DNA from: Octopus sinensis
Lineage: Eukaryota
Assembly: GCF_006345805.1 (NCBI RefSeq)
Contig: NC_043001.1
Location: 65,224,001 to 65,288,000, forward strand
Reading direction: 5' to 3'
DNA length: 64,000 nucleotides
Shown here: piece by piece, positions 1 to 12,859 of the stretch
Position numbering within the stretch: the stretch's first letter is position 1
Layout of the letters: every line of letters begins with the position of its first letter
The notes under the pieces: model-generated
The model's database searches: none
What the model was told of the DNA's origin: nothing
What the model saw: the letters and a program-made list of their open reading frames with translations, nothing else
Position numbers and translations under genes: made by a program

Positions 1-119
1 ATATATGTAAATATGTATACAGCCTTCAGCAAAGTAACAGTCATGTACACAACTTGGACGGACACTTGCCAGTACACGGACATACGTTCACATACACATA
101 CACATGTACACACTCTCAC

Positions 120-317
120 GGACACATCTACCCATTCTCCTAGACACTCACATACATACGTAGCACATGAATACAAACATACATACATACCTACGTATGG
201 GCATACACACGTACATACGCACGTACATGTACGCACACACATACATGGGCACATGCATACGAGCGCGTATACATACATACGCACATGCGTACGTATATAC
301 ATACACACATACATACA

Positions 318-351
<34 letters not shown>

Positions 352-735
352 CATACATACATACATACGCACATACATACATACGAACAATAGTAAAACA
401 TTAGTTCTGTGATATAGAGATAAAAATCTGATAATAGATTTTAGGGTATAGTTCTTGTGAGCAAGCGTCATAAATTCACTTTCTAGCCTCGGCCGTAGGG
501 AGTTGAAATTTGATAGCGTTGTGATGAGTGGTCACTCTACATCCATCCATCGCTACAGGTTTATAACTTTGTTTTATAGAGTGTATGTGCGTGCTTATAC
601 ACACACGTACATATATACATACATACATACATACATACATACATACATGCACACACAGGCGTATATGCGTACATGCATACGTACATACATACACACATGT
701 ATGCATACATACACACATACATACGTACATATATA
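120..735. repeat. (TACA)n/(CA)n microsatellite-rich tract
   Basis: Long TACA/CATA runs at about 300-385 and 600-735; these explain the H/T/Y/I and M/Y/V/C pseudo-ORFs. Confidence 0.95.
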
Positions 736-762
736 TGACGAACTAACTGTTACTTTCTTAGA

Positions 763-963
763 TGCAGCACGGACTTTGTCAGTGAACAGGTCGCGGATTT
801 TAGCGACGAAAATATTTTGACAAATTAAACTTAAATGTTGGAGTGAATCGAACGGCTTTTGTGTGTTTCTTAAATGGCTTATAAACACCTTCCACGCTGC
901 AATTGTTTTCGTTTCAGCACACGATCTCAGATCAAATTACTTGCTATGCGAGTACATCTCCGT
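763..963 (+). repeat. Dispersed repeat, copy 1 (SINE/non-autonomous element-like, unclassified)
   Basis: gcacgg..tttgtcagtgaacaggtcgcgg...aaacaccttccacgct is clearly homologous to 60552-60695; both copies lie next to microsatellites. Confidence 0.7.
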
Positions 964-991
964 AATATATATATATATATATATATATATA

Positions 992-1563
992 CAAAGAGCA
1001 ATAAAGATTCAAGTTAATTTAAAAAAATTTACTTGAATATGGTACCTAACTTAGATGCACCAAAAAAAAAACTATACTGATTTAACAATACAGTAATGTG
1101 GGGTGATTATAAGCGAGAAAGAAGCAACAAGAATGGATAGGTTTTTAGTACGATCGTTTCATACAAGGACAGGTTTTATTAAAAGTTGCAAAGATTACAG
1201 CATATAAACGAGTCCCGTACTCATCAGCTAAAATACATGTAAGTTCTCTAGACATCCTAGTGTTTGAGGCTATACTCATGAAGTAATGTAGATAATTAAA
1301 CAGATTTCTAAAGTTCATTAAAGTTCTTTAAAGATGATGTACAGTCTTATCACAGAATTTTAAAAAAGTTTTGATAGCATCACAGAGAAGGTGACCTAAT
1401 CCATATGAATTTCCATAGATATGATGAGGGATTATATACTCACAGAAGACAAATTTATCCATTGTTAATTACAACGAGGTGGGTCTCAATTCCTGCTTAT
1501 TAGCATTACAGAGAGGGTGAATTAATCCTTTGTATATATGCACAGATTCCAATGGTGTAGATG
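992..1563 (-). repeat. PLE 3' terminal segment / pseudo-LTR
   Basis: caaagagcaataaagattca...gattccaatggtgtagatg also occurs at 5550-6108. Confidence 0.9.
1143..1233 (-). ncRNA. Minimal type I hammerhead ribozyme (PLE-associated)
   Basis: Reverse complement reads ttttag-CTGATGA-gtacgggac...gtccttgtat-GAAA-c-gatc-g-TA-ctaaaa: complete core, 6-bp stem I, one-pair stem III with palindromic GATC loop. Confidence 0.85.
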
Positions 1564-2672
1564 TAAATTTCCAGAGAAATGGAGATGAATTTCATATTCA
1601 CAGGCGATAAATTTTACAATGGTTGAACACAATGAGGTAGGTATCAATCCTTGTTATATGATTAGGTGTTTGCCATATTAATCACATTACTGCTATTCAC
1701 AAGAGGCTGTAGCTATTTAACTCTTAAAGGCTGAAGGGCTTACTAGATCGGCCAAGAATAGAGAAGGGAATAGAAGAAAAGAGAGAAAGTAATGGAGGAG
1801 GGAGCAAAAAGGGGGGGGAAAGGGGGACTAAAAGAGAAGAGAAAAGGAAACAGAGAATAAGAAGAAGAAAAAGAAAAAAGAGAAAAGAGAAAGAAATAGG
1901 GAAAGAAGGGAAAAAAAGAAAAAGAAGAGGGTTCTAGTTATACAGAAGAGCTAGTAGACTGTAAGTCTGGTTTTAATCAACAGGCATCTAGGAACTAGAG
2001 GGGAATATTATTCTTTGACCAGTAAACCGTTAATTTATTGCTGTTGAAATCAGCTATGAGTTTAAAGAGAATCTAAAGAGATAACACAGTCAGGGGTTAA
2101 GGGGTCAGATGCTAAAATCACCAGAAAATACATTAGGAAAATCTAAGTATAATCTTATCAAAAAGTCATTAAAAATTTACTAATTTAATTTATTCATTTT
2201 ATTGTCTTAAGGAGTTGTCGTTATTATTCATACATTGACTGACTACAGGTCAAATCTTATAAGATCATTTACAAGGTGTTAGGGGATTGTCTATCATAAT
2301 GAAGATAATCATATTACCACCGAGGGAATAGCCTTATTTATTTAATTATGAAATAGAATTATGGGGCTACAGTAACTAATTATAATTTATTAGAGTTATG
2401 CTATTTAAATTAGATTAAGTTAGGAATTAAAATTAAATATTACAATTAAGATTTAAAATTAAGAATTTAAAAATTGTGAGTTTGAAATTAAATAAAGCCT
2501 CAATTAAGTAGCGAATAAGTACTATTCATTCCCTGTTCTCAAAAAACTGATGCAGATATAAGGAAAAAGATAAAGATAACTGTAATGTGAGAACTCTTAG
2601 TTATCTACTTAAAGCAGTGCTATACTAGTAGAAATCAAGTTATATCTATCTATCTAGTTATGAATATTCCAA

Positions 2673-5500
2673 TCATTTAATATTTTAAAGTCTTCAATTT
2701 AGCGTGGACACAAACTTGACCTAGTTCGATATGGTTATTCAATAAGTTTCTATGCTTACTATGCCTTAGAATTTCGTACGTCTCCATGGAGCATAGTTGA
2801 CAACCAACCCTACTATTTTTATACGGAATTGCTCTCCTAACTATTTCCCAATTAAGGGTATAATTTTTGTTATTATTTTTGAGTTCCCAGATTTTGTTTG
2901 AAAGTGTGGTGGTACCAGCTTTATGACGTAATTTAAAAGTCGAGATGTGATTTCTAACTCTGGCTAAAAATTAATTGTACAGCCAATGTAAAAATATTTG
3001 TTATTCTCCGTGGATATGGTACATTTATAGATTACATTATTTTCCCTACATAGACCAGGTGCCGGGCATTTTGATTTTATTCTACACTTACATACAGGAG
3101 GAACAACTTCAGGCCTTGGATTATTCCTGGGTAGATGTTTAAGGTTCCTATTATTTTGATTATCATTTCTATAGTTGGTGCTGATATCTAAAGTATTGTT
3201 ATTATTTATTGATCCTTCCGTTTCATCATTTAGGTGTAAAGTCCTACCAAGATTTCTTATATTATTCGTAATGTTATTATTATTGTTAGTCTTTTTATCC
3301 AACTGTATATTATTGTTATAGATATCACTGATATTTTCATTCTCCTTATTTTCTCCATTAGCCTTATTTCTATTATTTCTATTATTAACAATATTACTTC
3401 TATTAATATCGGCATTGTTATTATTACTATTAATGTTAATGTTATTAGTCATTCTGTGGTTACTAATTTCACCTATGTTTTGATAGTTCCTATTGCTGTT
3501 TTTATTGTTGGTAGTATTATTGTTATTGCTATTGGTATTCATTCTGATATTATTATTTTTATTTCTATCTTTCCTGGCTAGTTTAATGTTGTTATTATTA
3601 ATTTTAGCTATTAAAGTGGACATATTTGGGAGGGTTGAATAAGAAATCCTAACTGTTTTCCTAGAAATAATTCTATGATATCTATGAGAGATAGGGAATT
3701 TTTTTCCAGAATCACTTTGAATTTGTTCTGTATATCCGATTGTATCGCACAGTTGAAAGGAATATTCAGCCATAATATATCTTTTTTATAAAATTTAGGG
3801 TTCGTAGAATTACTACTATTCATCTCACCGGAGTTATTGTATTTATTACCATTATTTTTATTTTTATTTGTGTGCATCTTAGGTTTATCTACTTCAATCT
3901 TATCCGAGTTACCTATGTTCTGGTCAATGCTTCTATTTGAATTGTTGGGCCTGTACTCTAGATTAGCGTTTACCGTTAATTTAATTCTACTTTTATTTCG
4001 GGCTTGGTCTTTTTTGCTGCTTACGTGATTACTGATAACTTCATTATTAGGAATACTTGAGTTCTCCTTATCAACGAATGTAATCTTTTGGTTGTATCCA
4101 GCCTTAGTTAACGCCGCATTATAATGCTCAGAATGGGAGTTAAATATATCCTTATTGGATGATAATTTTGAAATTCTTAATGAATATTTCTTACTAAAGA
4201 TTCTATTATATTTGGGGGATGATTTGATAATTTATTTACGTAATTCGTGACTTCGCCTTCCTTTCTAAATGGGTAATGTAGCTTGGAGTTAAGGTCTAGG
4301 GTAATATCTAGGAAATTAGCTATTTTAGTGCCCGGTTCATACGTTATACTGAGGTTGAAATCCTTAAAGAACTTATTAATTTTCTTTCTAATCCTTTCTA
4401 TAACAGATTTATTATTACTAGGGATAACAAACAGAGCATCATCCCTATATAGACCCCCCTGTATTTCTGGGATATCCTTGCTTATGCATTTTAATAGATA
4501 TGCGCCTACTAGGTTGGTTACCTCAGCCGAATCACTGGAACCCATTGGTATATCAAAAAAATTTGGTGTATCTGCTCTAGTCCATAATTTATCTTCAAAT
4601 TCAATAAATGTCTTCCTAGCTAGTAGCACAATATTGATTTCTTCTCTAGTTATGAGGGAGCGATTCATGGCAAATATTAGTGATTTGTTGAGTAAGATAG
4701 GGGAATGCTAGAGTAATAACTATTAATATCGAACTGAATAAAAGACAGACTACTAGTATTAGTTAGAGAGTTAAACCATTTTAGAACTTCGTCGGTACTT
4801 AGCCATAGGTTAAGGGGAAAGAGGGGTTATTTGGGGTAGAACAGTATCCAGGATAGATTTACTAAGTCGGCCAATGTCTGACTTAGTTGGACAGATCAGC
4901 CTTACTGAAGGGTTATCCAAGAAGTCCTTTTTGTGGTCTTTAAGGTTGATCCTGGGCTCACAGGGTTTAAGTGGCTCCGTTCTATCTGTTAATTTATTTC
5001 TCATGCTCCATCTCTTTCATTTCCATGTTTACTTTTTTCAAATTGTTCTTAGTTGTAATTTTATAAGGAGTTTAGTTCTTTCCTATTAATTTGCTATAAT
5101 ATCGTAATCACTCTATACATATTACCCGTTTTATTCTGCTGGTCTAGGATTCCATGTTTGCACCGGTTGAATGAATAAAGTTCCTAAGGTGTCTAAGTGA
5201 GGGTTATATCTTACGTGTTCATTGAAGCTAATATCATCTATAAGATTCAGCAAGTCTTTCTCAAAGTTCTCCAGGAATGGGTCTCTGAGGTGGGCTTTTT
5301 CTACTTTTAAAAATTCTTCTAAAATTCTTTTTTCGTATTCATTTCCTGAGGTTTCTTCTTCTGTTTACATCAAAAATGGTACGTTTTCCACCTGATTCTT
5401 CTAATGAAATCGTTAATCCTATGAATGAGAGCCAATTATATTCATCTATACTATGCAAGGGATGTCTTTAGGGGAGAATCAATGTTATTACTTTTTCCAT
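2673..5500 (-). pseudogene. PLE ORF (N-terminal domain, RT, linker, Cys motif, GIY-YIG endonuclease), frameshifted
   Basis: Motifs NDFIRRIRWK, LKDHKKDFLDNPSVRLICPTKSDIG, MGSSDSAEV, GLYRDD, NFLDITL, SNHPP, CKCRIKSKCP, VIYKC...YFYIGCT occur in shifted frames; the start is approximate. Confidence 0.9.
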
Positions 5501-5549
5501 TCTTGTTGCAAATTAAGTTGAAAAACATACAACTGTATGGGAATATATT

Positions 5550-6108
5550 CAAAGAGCAATAAAGATTCATTTAATTTAAAAAAATTTATCTTGAATATGG
5601 TACCTAACTTAGATGCCCAAAAAAACTTTACTGATTTAACAATACAGTAATGTGGGGTGATTTAAGCGAGAAAGAAGCAACAATAGAATGGATAGGTTTT
5701 TAGTACGATCGTTTCATAAAGGACAGGTTTTATTAAAAGTTGCAAAGATTACAGCATATAAACGATTCCCGTAGAATCAGCTAAAATACATTTAAGTTCT
5801 CTAGACATCCTAGTGTTTGAGGCTAACTCATGAAGTGATGGAGATAATAAAACAGATTTTAGTTTCATTAAACAAAGTTCTTTAAAGATGATGTACAGTC
5901 TTATCCAGAATTTTTAAAAACTTTTGATAGCATCACAGAGAAGGTGACCTAATCCATATAATTTCCATAGTAATGATGAGATTATATCTCACAGAAACAA
6001 ATTTATCCTTGTTAATTACAACGAGGTGGGTCTCATTCCGCTTAATTAGCATTACAGAGAGGGTGAATTAATCCTTTGTATATATGCACAGATTCCAATG
6101 GTGTAGAT
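5550..6108 (-). repeat. PLE upstream pseudo-LTR (direct repeat of 992-1563)
   Basis: Colinear with 992-1563 apart from many 1-2 bp indels; it lies immediately upstream of the minus-strand ORF start. Confidence 0.9.
5697..5786 (-). ncRNA. Degenerate hammerhead copy in the upstream pseudo-LTR
   Basis: Same context as 1143-1233 but the core reads CTGATTC instead of CTGATGA (plus strand gtagaatcag vs gtactcatcag). Confidence 0.55.
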
Positions 6109-8470
6109 GAAAAAAGTAAACATGGAAAGGAAAGAGATCATGGAGAAACTAAATTTAACAGATAGAACGGAGCCACTTAAACCCTGTGAGCCCAGGATCA
6201 ACCTTAAAGACCACAAAAAGGACTTCTTGGATAACCCTTCAGTAAGGCTGATCTGTCCAACTAAGTCAGACATTGGCCGACTTAGTAAATCTATCCTGGA
6301 TACTGTTCTACCCCAAATAACCCCTCTTCTCCCCTTAAACCTATGGCTAAGTACCGACGAAGTTCTAAAATGGTTTAACTCTCTAACTAATACTAGTAGT
6401 CTGTCTTTTATTCAGTTCGATATTAATAGTTTACTCTAGCATTTCCCCTATCTTACTCAACAATCACTAATATTTGCCATGAATCGCTCCCTCATAACTA
6501 GAGAAGAAATCAATATTGTGCTACTAGCTAGGAAGACATTTATTGAATTTGAAGATAATTATGGACTAGAGACAGATACACCAAATTTTTTTGATATACC
6601 AATGGGTTCCAGTGATTCGGCTGAGGTAACCAACCTAGTAGGCGCATATCTATTAAAATGCATAAGCAAGGATATCCCAGAAATACAGGGGGGTCTATAT
6701 AGGGATGATGCTCTGTTGTTATCCCTAGTAATAATAAATCTGTTATAGAAAGGATTAGAAAGAAAATTAATAAGTTCTTTAAGGATTTCAACCTCAGTAT
6801 AACGTATGAACCGGGCACTAAAATAGCTAATTTCCTAGATATTACCCTAGACCTTAACTCCAAGCTACATTACCCATTTAGAAAGGAAGGCGAAGTCACG
6901 AATTACGTAAATAAATTATCAAATCATCCCCCAAATATAATAGAATCTTTAGTAAGAAATATTCATTAAGAATTTCAAAATTATCATCCAATAAGGATAT
7001 ATTTAACTCCCATTCTGAGCATTATAATGCGGCGTAACTAAGGCTGGATACAACCAAAAGATTACATTCGTTGATAAGGAGAACTCAAGTATTCCTAATA
7101 ATGAAGTTATCAGTAATCACGTAAGCAGCAAAAAAGACCAAGCCCGAAATAAAAGTAGAATTAAATTAACGGTAAACGCTAATCTAGAGTACAGGCCCAA
7201 CAATTCAAATAGAAGCATTGACCAGAACATAGGTAACTCGGATAAGATTGAAGTAGATAAACCTAAGATGCACACAAATAAAATAAAAATAATGGTAATA
7301 AATACAATAACTCCGGTGAGATGAATAGTAGTAATTCTACGAACCCTAAATTTTATAAAAAGATATATTATGGCTGAATATTCCTTTCAACTGTGCGATA
7401 CAATCGGATATACAGAACAAATTCAAAGTGATTCTGGAAAAAAATTCCCCTATCTCTCATAGATATCATAGAATTATTTCTAGGAAAACAGTTAGGATTT
7501 CTTATTCAACCCTCCCAAATATGTCCACTTTAATAGCTAAAATTAATAATAACAACATTAAACTAGCCAGGAAAGATAGAAATAAAAATAATAATATCAG
7601 AATGAATACCAATAGCAATAACAATAATACTACCAACAATAAAACAGCAATAGGAACTATCAAAACATAGGTGAAATTAGTAACCACAGAATGACTAATA
7701 ACATTAACATTAATAGTAATAATAACAATGCCGATATTAATAGAAGTAATATTGTTAATAATAGAAATAATAGAAATAAGGCTAATGGAGAAAATAAGGA
7801 GAATGAAAATATCAGTGATATCTATAACAATAATATACAGTTGGATAAAAAGACTAACAATAATAATAACATTACGAATAATATAAGAAATCTTGGTAGG
7901 ACTTTACACCTAAATGATGAAACGGAAGGATCAATAATAATAACAATACTTTAGATATCAGCACCAACTATAGAAATGATAATCAAAATAATAGGAACCT
8001 TAAACATCTACCCAGGAATAATCCAAGGCCTGAAGTTGTTCCTCCTGTATGTATGTAGAATAAAATCAAAATGCCCGGCACCTGGTCTATGTAGGGAAAA
8101 TAATGTAATCTATAAATGTACCATATCCACGGAGAATAACAAATATTTTTACATTGGCTGTACAATTAATTTTTTAGCCAGAGTTAGAAATCACATCTCG
8201 ACTTTTAAATTACGTCATAAAGCTGGTACCACCACACTTTCAAACAAAATCTGGGAACTCAAAAATAATAACAAAAATTATACCCTTAATTGGGAAATAG
8301 TTAGGAGAGCAATTCCGTATAAAAATAGTAGGGTTGGTTGTCAACTATGCTCCATGGAGACGTACGAAATTCTAAGGCATAGTAAGCATAGAAACTTATT
8401 GAATAACCATATCGAACTAGGTCAAGTTTGTGTCCACGCTAAATTGAAGACTTTAAAATATTTTAAATGA
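6108..8470 (+). pseudogene. PLE ORF, 5'-truncated inverted copy (RT through GIY-YIG)
   Basis: ORFs 6107-6439, 6479-6748, 7428-7670, 7691-7954 and 7976-8470 join by frameshifts; contains LYRDD and C-terminal VIYKC..YIGCT..RVRNH..LSNKIWELK..CQLC..LLN. Confidence 0.92.
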
Positions 8471-9909
8471 TTGGAATATTCATAACTAGATAGATAGATA
8501 TAACTTGATTTCTACTAGTATAGCACTGCTTTAAGTAGATAACTAAGAGTTCTCACATTACAGTTATCTTTATCTTTTTCCTTATCTGCATCAGTTTTTT
8601 GAGAACAGGGAAATGAATAGTACTTATTCGCTACTTAATTGAGGCTTTATTTAATTTCAAACTCACAATTTTTAAATTCTTAATTTTAAATCTTAATTGT
8701 AATATTTAATTTTAATTCCTAACTTAATCTAATTTAAATAGCATAACTCTAATAAATTATAATTAGTTACTGTAGCCCCATAATTCTATTTCATAATTAA
8801 ATAAATAAGGCTATTCCCTCGGTGGTAATATGATTATCTTCATTATGATAGACAATCCCCTAACACCTTGTAAATGATCTTATAAGATTTGACCTGTAGT
8901 CAGTCAATGTATGAATAATAACGACAACTCCTTAAGACAATAAAATGAAATAAATTAAATTAGTAAATTTTAATGACTTTTTGATAAGATTATACTTAGA
9001 TTTTCCTAATGTATTTTCTGGTGATTTTAGCATCTGACCCCTTAACCCCTGACTGTGTTATCTCTTTAGATTCTCTTTAAACTCATAGCTGATTTCAACA
9101 GCAATAAATTAACGGTTTACTGGTCAAAGAATAATATTCCCCTCTAGTTCCTAGATGCCTGTTGATTAAAACCAGACTTACAGTCTACTAGCTCTTCTGT
9201 ATAACTAGAACCCTCTTCTTTTTCTTTTTTTCCCTTCTTTCCCTATTTCTTTCTCTTCTCTTTTTTCTTTTTCTTTTCTTCTTCTTATTCTCTGTTTCCT
9301 TTTCTCTTCTCTTTTAGTCCCCCTTTCCCCCCCCTTTTTGCTCCCTCCTCCATTACTTTCTCTCTTTTCTTCTATTCCCTTCTCTATTCTTGGCCGATCT
9401 AGTAAGCCTTCAGCCTTTAAGAGTTAAATAGCTACAGCCTCTTGTGAATAGCAGTAATGTGATTAATATGGCAAACCCTAATCATATAACAAGGATTGAT
9501 ACCTACCTCATTGTGTTCAACCATTGTAAAATTTATCGCCTGTGAATATGAAATTCATCTCCATTTCTCTGGAAATTTACATCTACACCATTGGAATCTG
9601 TGCATATATACAAAGGATTAATTCACCCTCTCTGTAATGCTAATAAGCAGGAATTGAGACCCACCTCGTTGTAATTAACAATGGATAAATTTGTCTTCTG
9701 TGAGTATATAATCCCTCATCATATCTATGGAAATTCATATGGATTAGGTCACCTTCTCTGTGATGCTATCAAAACTTTTTTAAAATTCTGTGATAAGACT
9801 GTACATCATCTTTAAAGAACTTTAATGAACTTTAGAAATCTGTTTAATTATCTACATTACTTCATGAGTATAGCCTCAAACACTAGGATGTCTAGAGAAC
9901 TTACATGTA

Positions 9910-10000
9910 TTTTAGCTGATGAGTACGGGACTCGTTTATATGCTGTAATCTTTGCAACTTTTAATAAAACCTGTCCTTGTATGAAACGATCGTACTAAAA
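9910..10000 (+). ncRNA. Minimal type I hammerhead ribozyme (PLE-associated)
   Basis: ttttag 9910-9915 pairs with ctaaaa 9995-10000; CTGATGA 9916-9922; GAAA 9983-9986; C-GATC-G; cleavage triplet GTA 9992-9994. Confidence 0.87.
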
Positions 10001-10027
10001 ACCATCCATTCTTGTTGCTTCTTCTCG

Positions 10028-10071
<44 letters not shown>

Positions 10072-10181
10072 CACGCATATACTACATAAGCAAAGTGTAT
10101 ATACTATTTGCATGTGTAAAATACATGAATAAACACAATTAAACAATAGGTTCAAGTAGATATACCATGTCATATACATAC

Positions 10182-10218
<37 letters not shown>

Positions 10219-10293
10219 TACATACATTGGAACATATAAACACGTCTATGCTTATGAACAGATAAATAATAATCAATTATCAATATTATATTA

Positions 10294-10328
<35 letters not shown>

Positions 10329-10452
10329 ATTATTATTATTATTATGTTTATCAATAATAACAATATTATTATATTTATAGTAATCTTCACTAGACCATAC
10401 ATATTATAATAGATTCTAACATATCAAAAAATTACGATACAAGATTATTCAT

Positions 10453-10493
<41 letters not shown>

Positions 10494-11082
10494 CAAATAT
10501 ACATGCATGTAAACATATAAAACATACAGTTAGAATATGGTTATCAGTATATACATCCTCGTAATACAAACAAATTCAATTGTTATATCCAAATGAATAG
10601 TTTTTCTTTTCGTCAAAGTTGAAGTTAAGCTACAATATTTATGCTTTATGTTTCAAAAGAGTTTCAAAACAGAGTTTCAAAATTATCAGGGGTTAGGGAG
10701 CGGTTATTTTAAATCATAAGGTATTTCTAATTGGGTAATTCATTTGAACTTATCCGCTTGATAATAGAAGGTCTGATTATTAAATAAATAAATCGTATTA
10801 GTCTTTCGTATTAACAACGTATATCTTTAAATTAACTCAGATATTAAACACAAACAAAGGGTTCCTACAACAATCTACACGGTTGTAAGTGAAGACACGA
10901 ATATATATTTACAAAAATAAACCATATATAACTCCGACCATATTTTATACAATCGAAATGCATGTATACACAAACATACATGCACCCACATGTATCCACA
11001 TACTTTCACAAAACGTCACATTACACACATACACAGTCCTACCTACAATCCACATACACATATACACATACAAACATACATA

Positions 11083-11438
11083 TGTAGTGATCCTACAACG
11101 GCGCGCGCTCGCGCACCGTCCATTTGTATTTCGCGCGTGTTGGTGCCTTTACCAAGGCAGTGAGAGGAAGGGCCCTCTCGCGCATGCGCGAACCACTGGA
11201 AGCACGACCCGCTTGCCTACGTAGCAGTTAGCGAGGCAAGGGGCCGTAGAACGTTTGACCACTAGCAGCAGCAAGCGGCGACTTGGGACCCAGCGATTGA
11301 AGGCGGCGGTCAGGCATATTTTCTCTCCGTTCGAACTAGCTTCTAGCAGTCCTTACCAAAAGGGGCTTTAACCAAATTGTTGCAGACCAACATCGTCTCC
11401 ATTGTTCGACGCCATCTTGAATCCGTTTCTGTTTTTGG
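11083..11438 (+). repeat. 5' LTR, truncated after 356 bp
   Basis: Matches 12860-13215 with two substitutions seen by eye, then diverges abruptly. Confidence 0.85.
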
Positions 11439-12859
11439 CCACCACAAACAGTTGTAGAAGGAGCCTCTTTCTTATTCTACAGCCATGATGACGGACGCCA
11501 TCATCTATTCGATGCCTTTTCTCCACCTTCGTCATCATCATCGTCGTTTTTCTACTTCACGTCGTCGCTATCTTCGTCGCCATCATCACTAAGAACGATG
11601 TTGTCCCAAGTCCACTACAGTCGCCTTCCACCACCAACGTCGCCTTTCACCACCGTTGACCTCCACAACATGTACATAGCAACTCGCGGAACTTTAGCGT
11701 GCACGCTGTTTTGTGCATATGCACACCAAGGATAAACAGCACCGTCTATCTACGAGATTCTTCTGTTCCAGTTAACCTGTCACAGCATTGAAGCCACAAC
11801 CGCTACACGATATGTGTTCAATCGGCATCTGCATTTGTGATTTCAACATTTCTGTTACAGAACGAAATGCTATTGTACATCAGGCTATTACAGACTGGTA
11901 AATTAATTCTTGTCTGGAATAGCCCGAGAGACATTTTTTTTTATGCGCTGTATTTTTTGTATTTTGCTCGCATTCACCTTGTATGTATTTCTGTCGCACA
12001 CACGTACAGACACATAAATGTTCTCTCTCACATACATACGTCACACATGCTTTTCTCGCTTGTTTTTTTTTTCCATGCTGAATTTGCCTTTTGTGGACAC
12101 CCCTCATTTCTATAGACCCTAGGTCGGTCACGTATACATAGAGAGGGTTGTTTGTCCATTATAACGCGCCAGCATGTCATACCTTTGTTCCTATACGAAC
12201 GAAGCATATAATCGCTTAACCACTGGCATATTCATTTGCTGTTTTTCGGTCTGGCAAGCACCATTGTATTTCATGCGTTTTTTGCTTCGCACGTGTACTT
12301 GCCTTGTTTTTGCAACACGTGCGTTAGCCTAATTCTTTTCCCGACTCATAGGATGTCGGATGTTCACATGCGCTGCGCCATGTTTAGGCGTAATTATTTT
12401 TCCCTGTTAGACCACTGTTGGTCACGTAATTAACAGAAAATTATCTGTGTCGCGCATCACACCAGCATGTTTGCACTTTTGCCTTTTGTGTTACTAGCGA
12501 GCTTCTGTCAATTCCATTTCCTCTCCTGCAGCAATTGATTTAACTGCTATTTTGCAGGATCAACCACCTTTAGAGAAGTTGGATTTAATTTCGCCTAGGT
12601 TCATTAACTGTGAGTTTTGCATTCCCTCCGCTTCCTACAGCGGAAGGCTCTATACTTTGTGACGTATACACTTTCATGCATGCACTCTTGATTTTTGCTC
12701 ATTGAGTATTTTTTCTCTTTTTCCTTTAGTAAGTTTCTTGTGTATGTTATAAATTTTGCCATTATATTATTGTGTGCTATTTGGTTATCTGGTGTCCACC
12801 TTGAGTTTTGCAGTCACTACAATAAGTTTCCTTTCGTGCGTACGCACTGGAGGGGAGCC

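Larger units (their letters stand above)
992..10032. mobile_element. Composite Penelope-like retroelement: full-length minus-strand copy with direct pseudo-LTR plus an inverted, 5'-truncated plus-strand copy
   Basis: About 1109-5040 is the reverse complement of about 6108-10032; 992-1563 is directly repeated at 5550-6108; the ORF remnants carry PLE RT and GIY-YIG motifs. Confidence 0.93.

Noticed and set aside
13-888. ORFs rich in HTYI, MYVC, YI, SL or RE repeats here and at 13.8-15.8, 40.5-40.9, 46.9-47.2, 53.9-54.1, 56.5-57.3 and 59.9-60.9 kb
   Set aside because: They are translations of microsatellites, which lack stop codons in several frames; no protein evidence.
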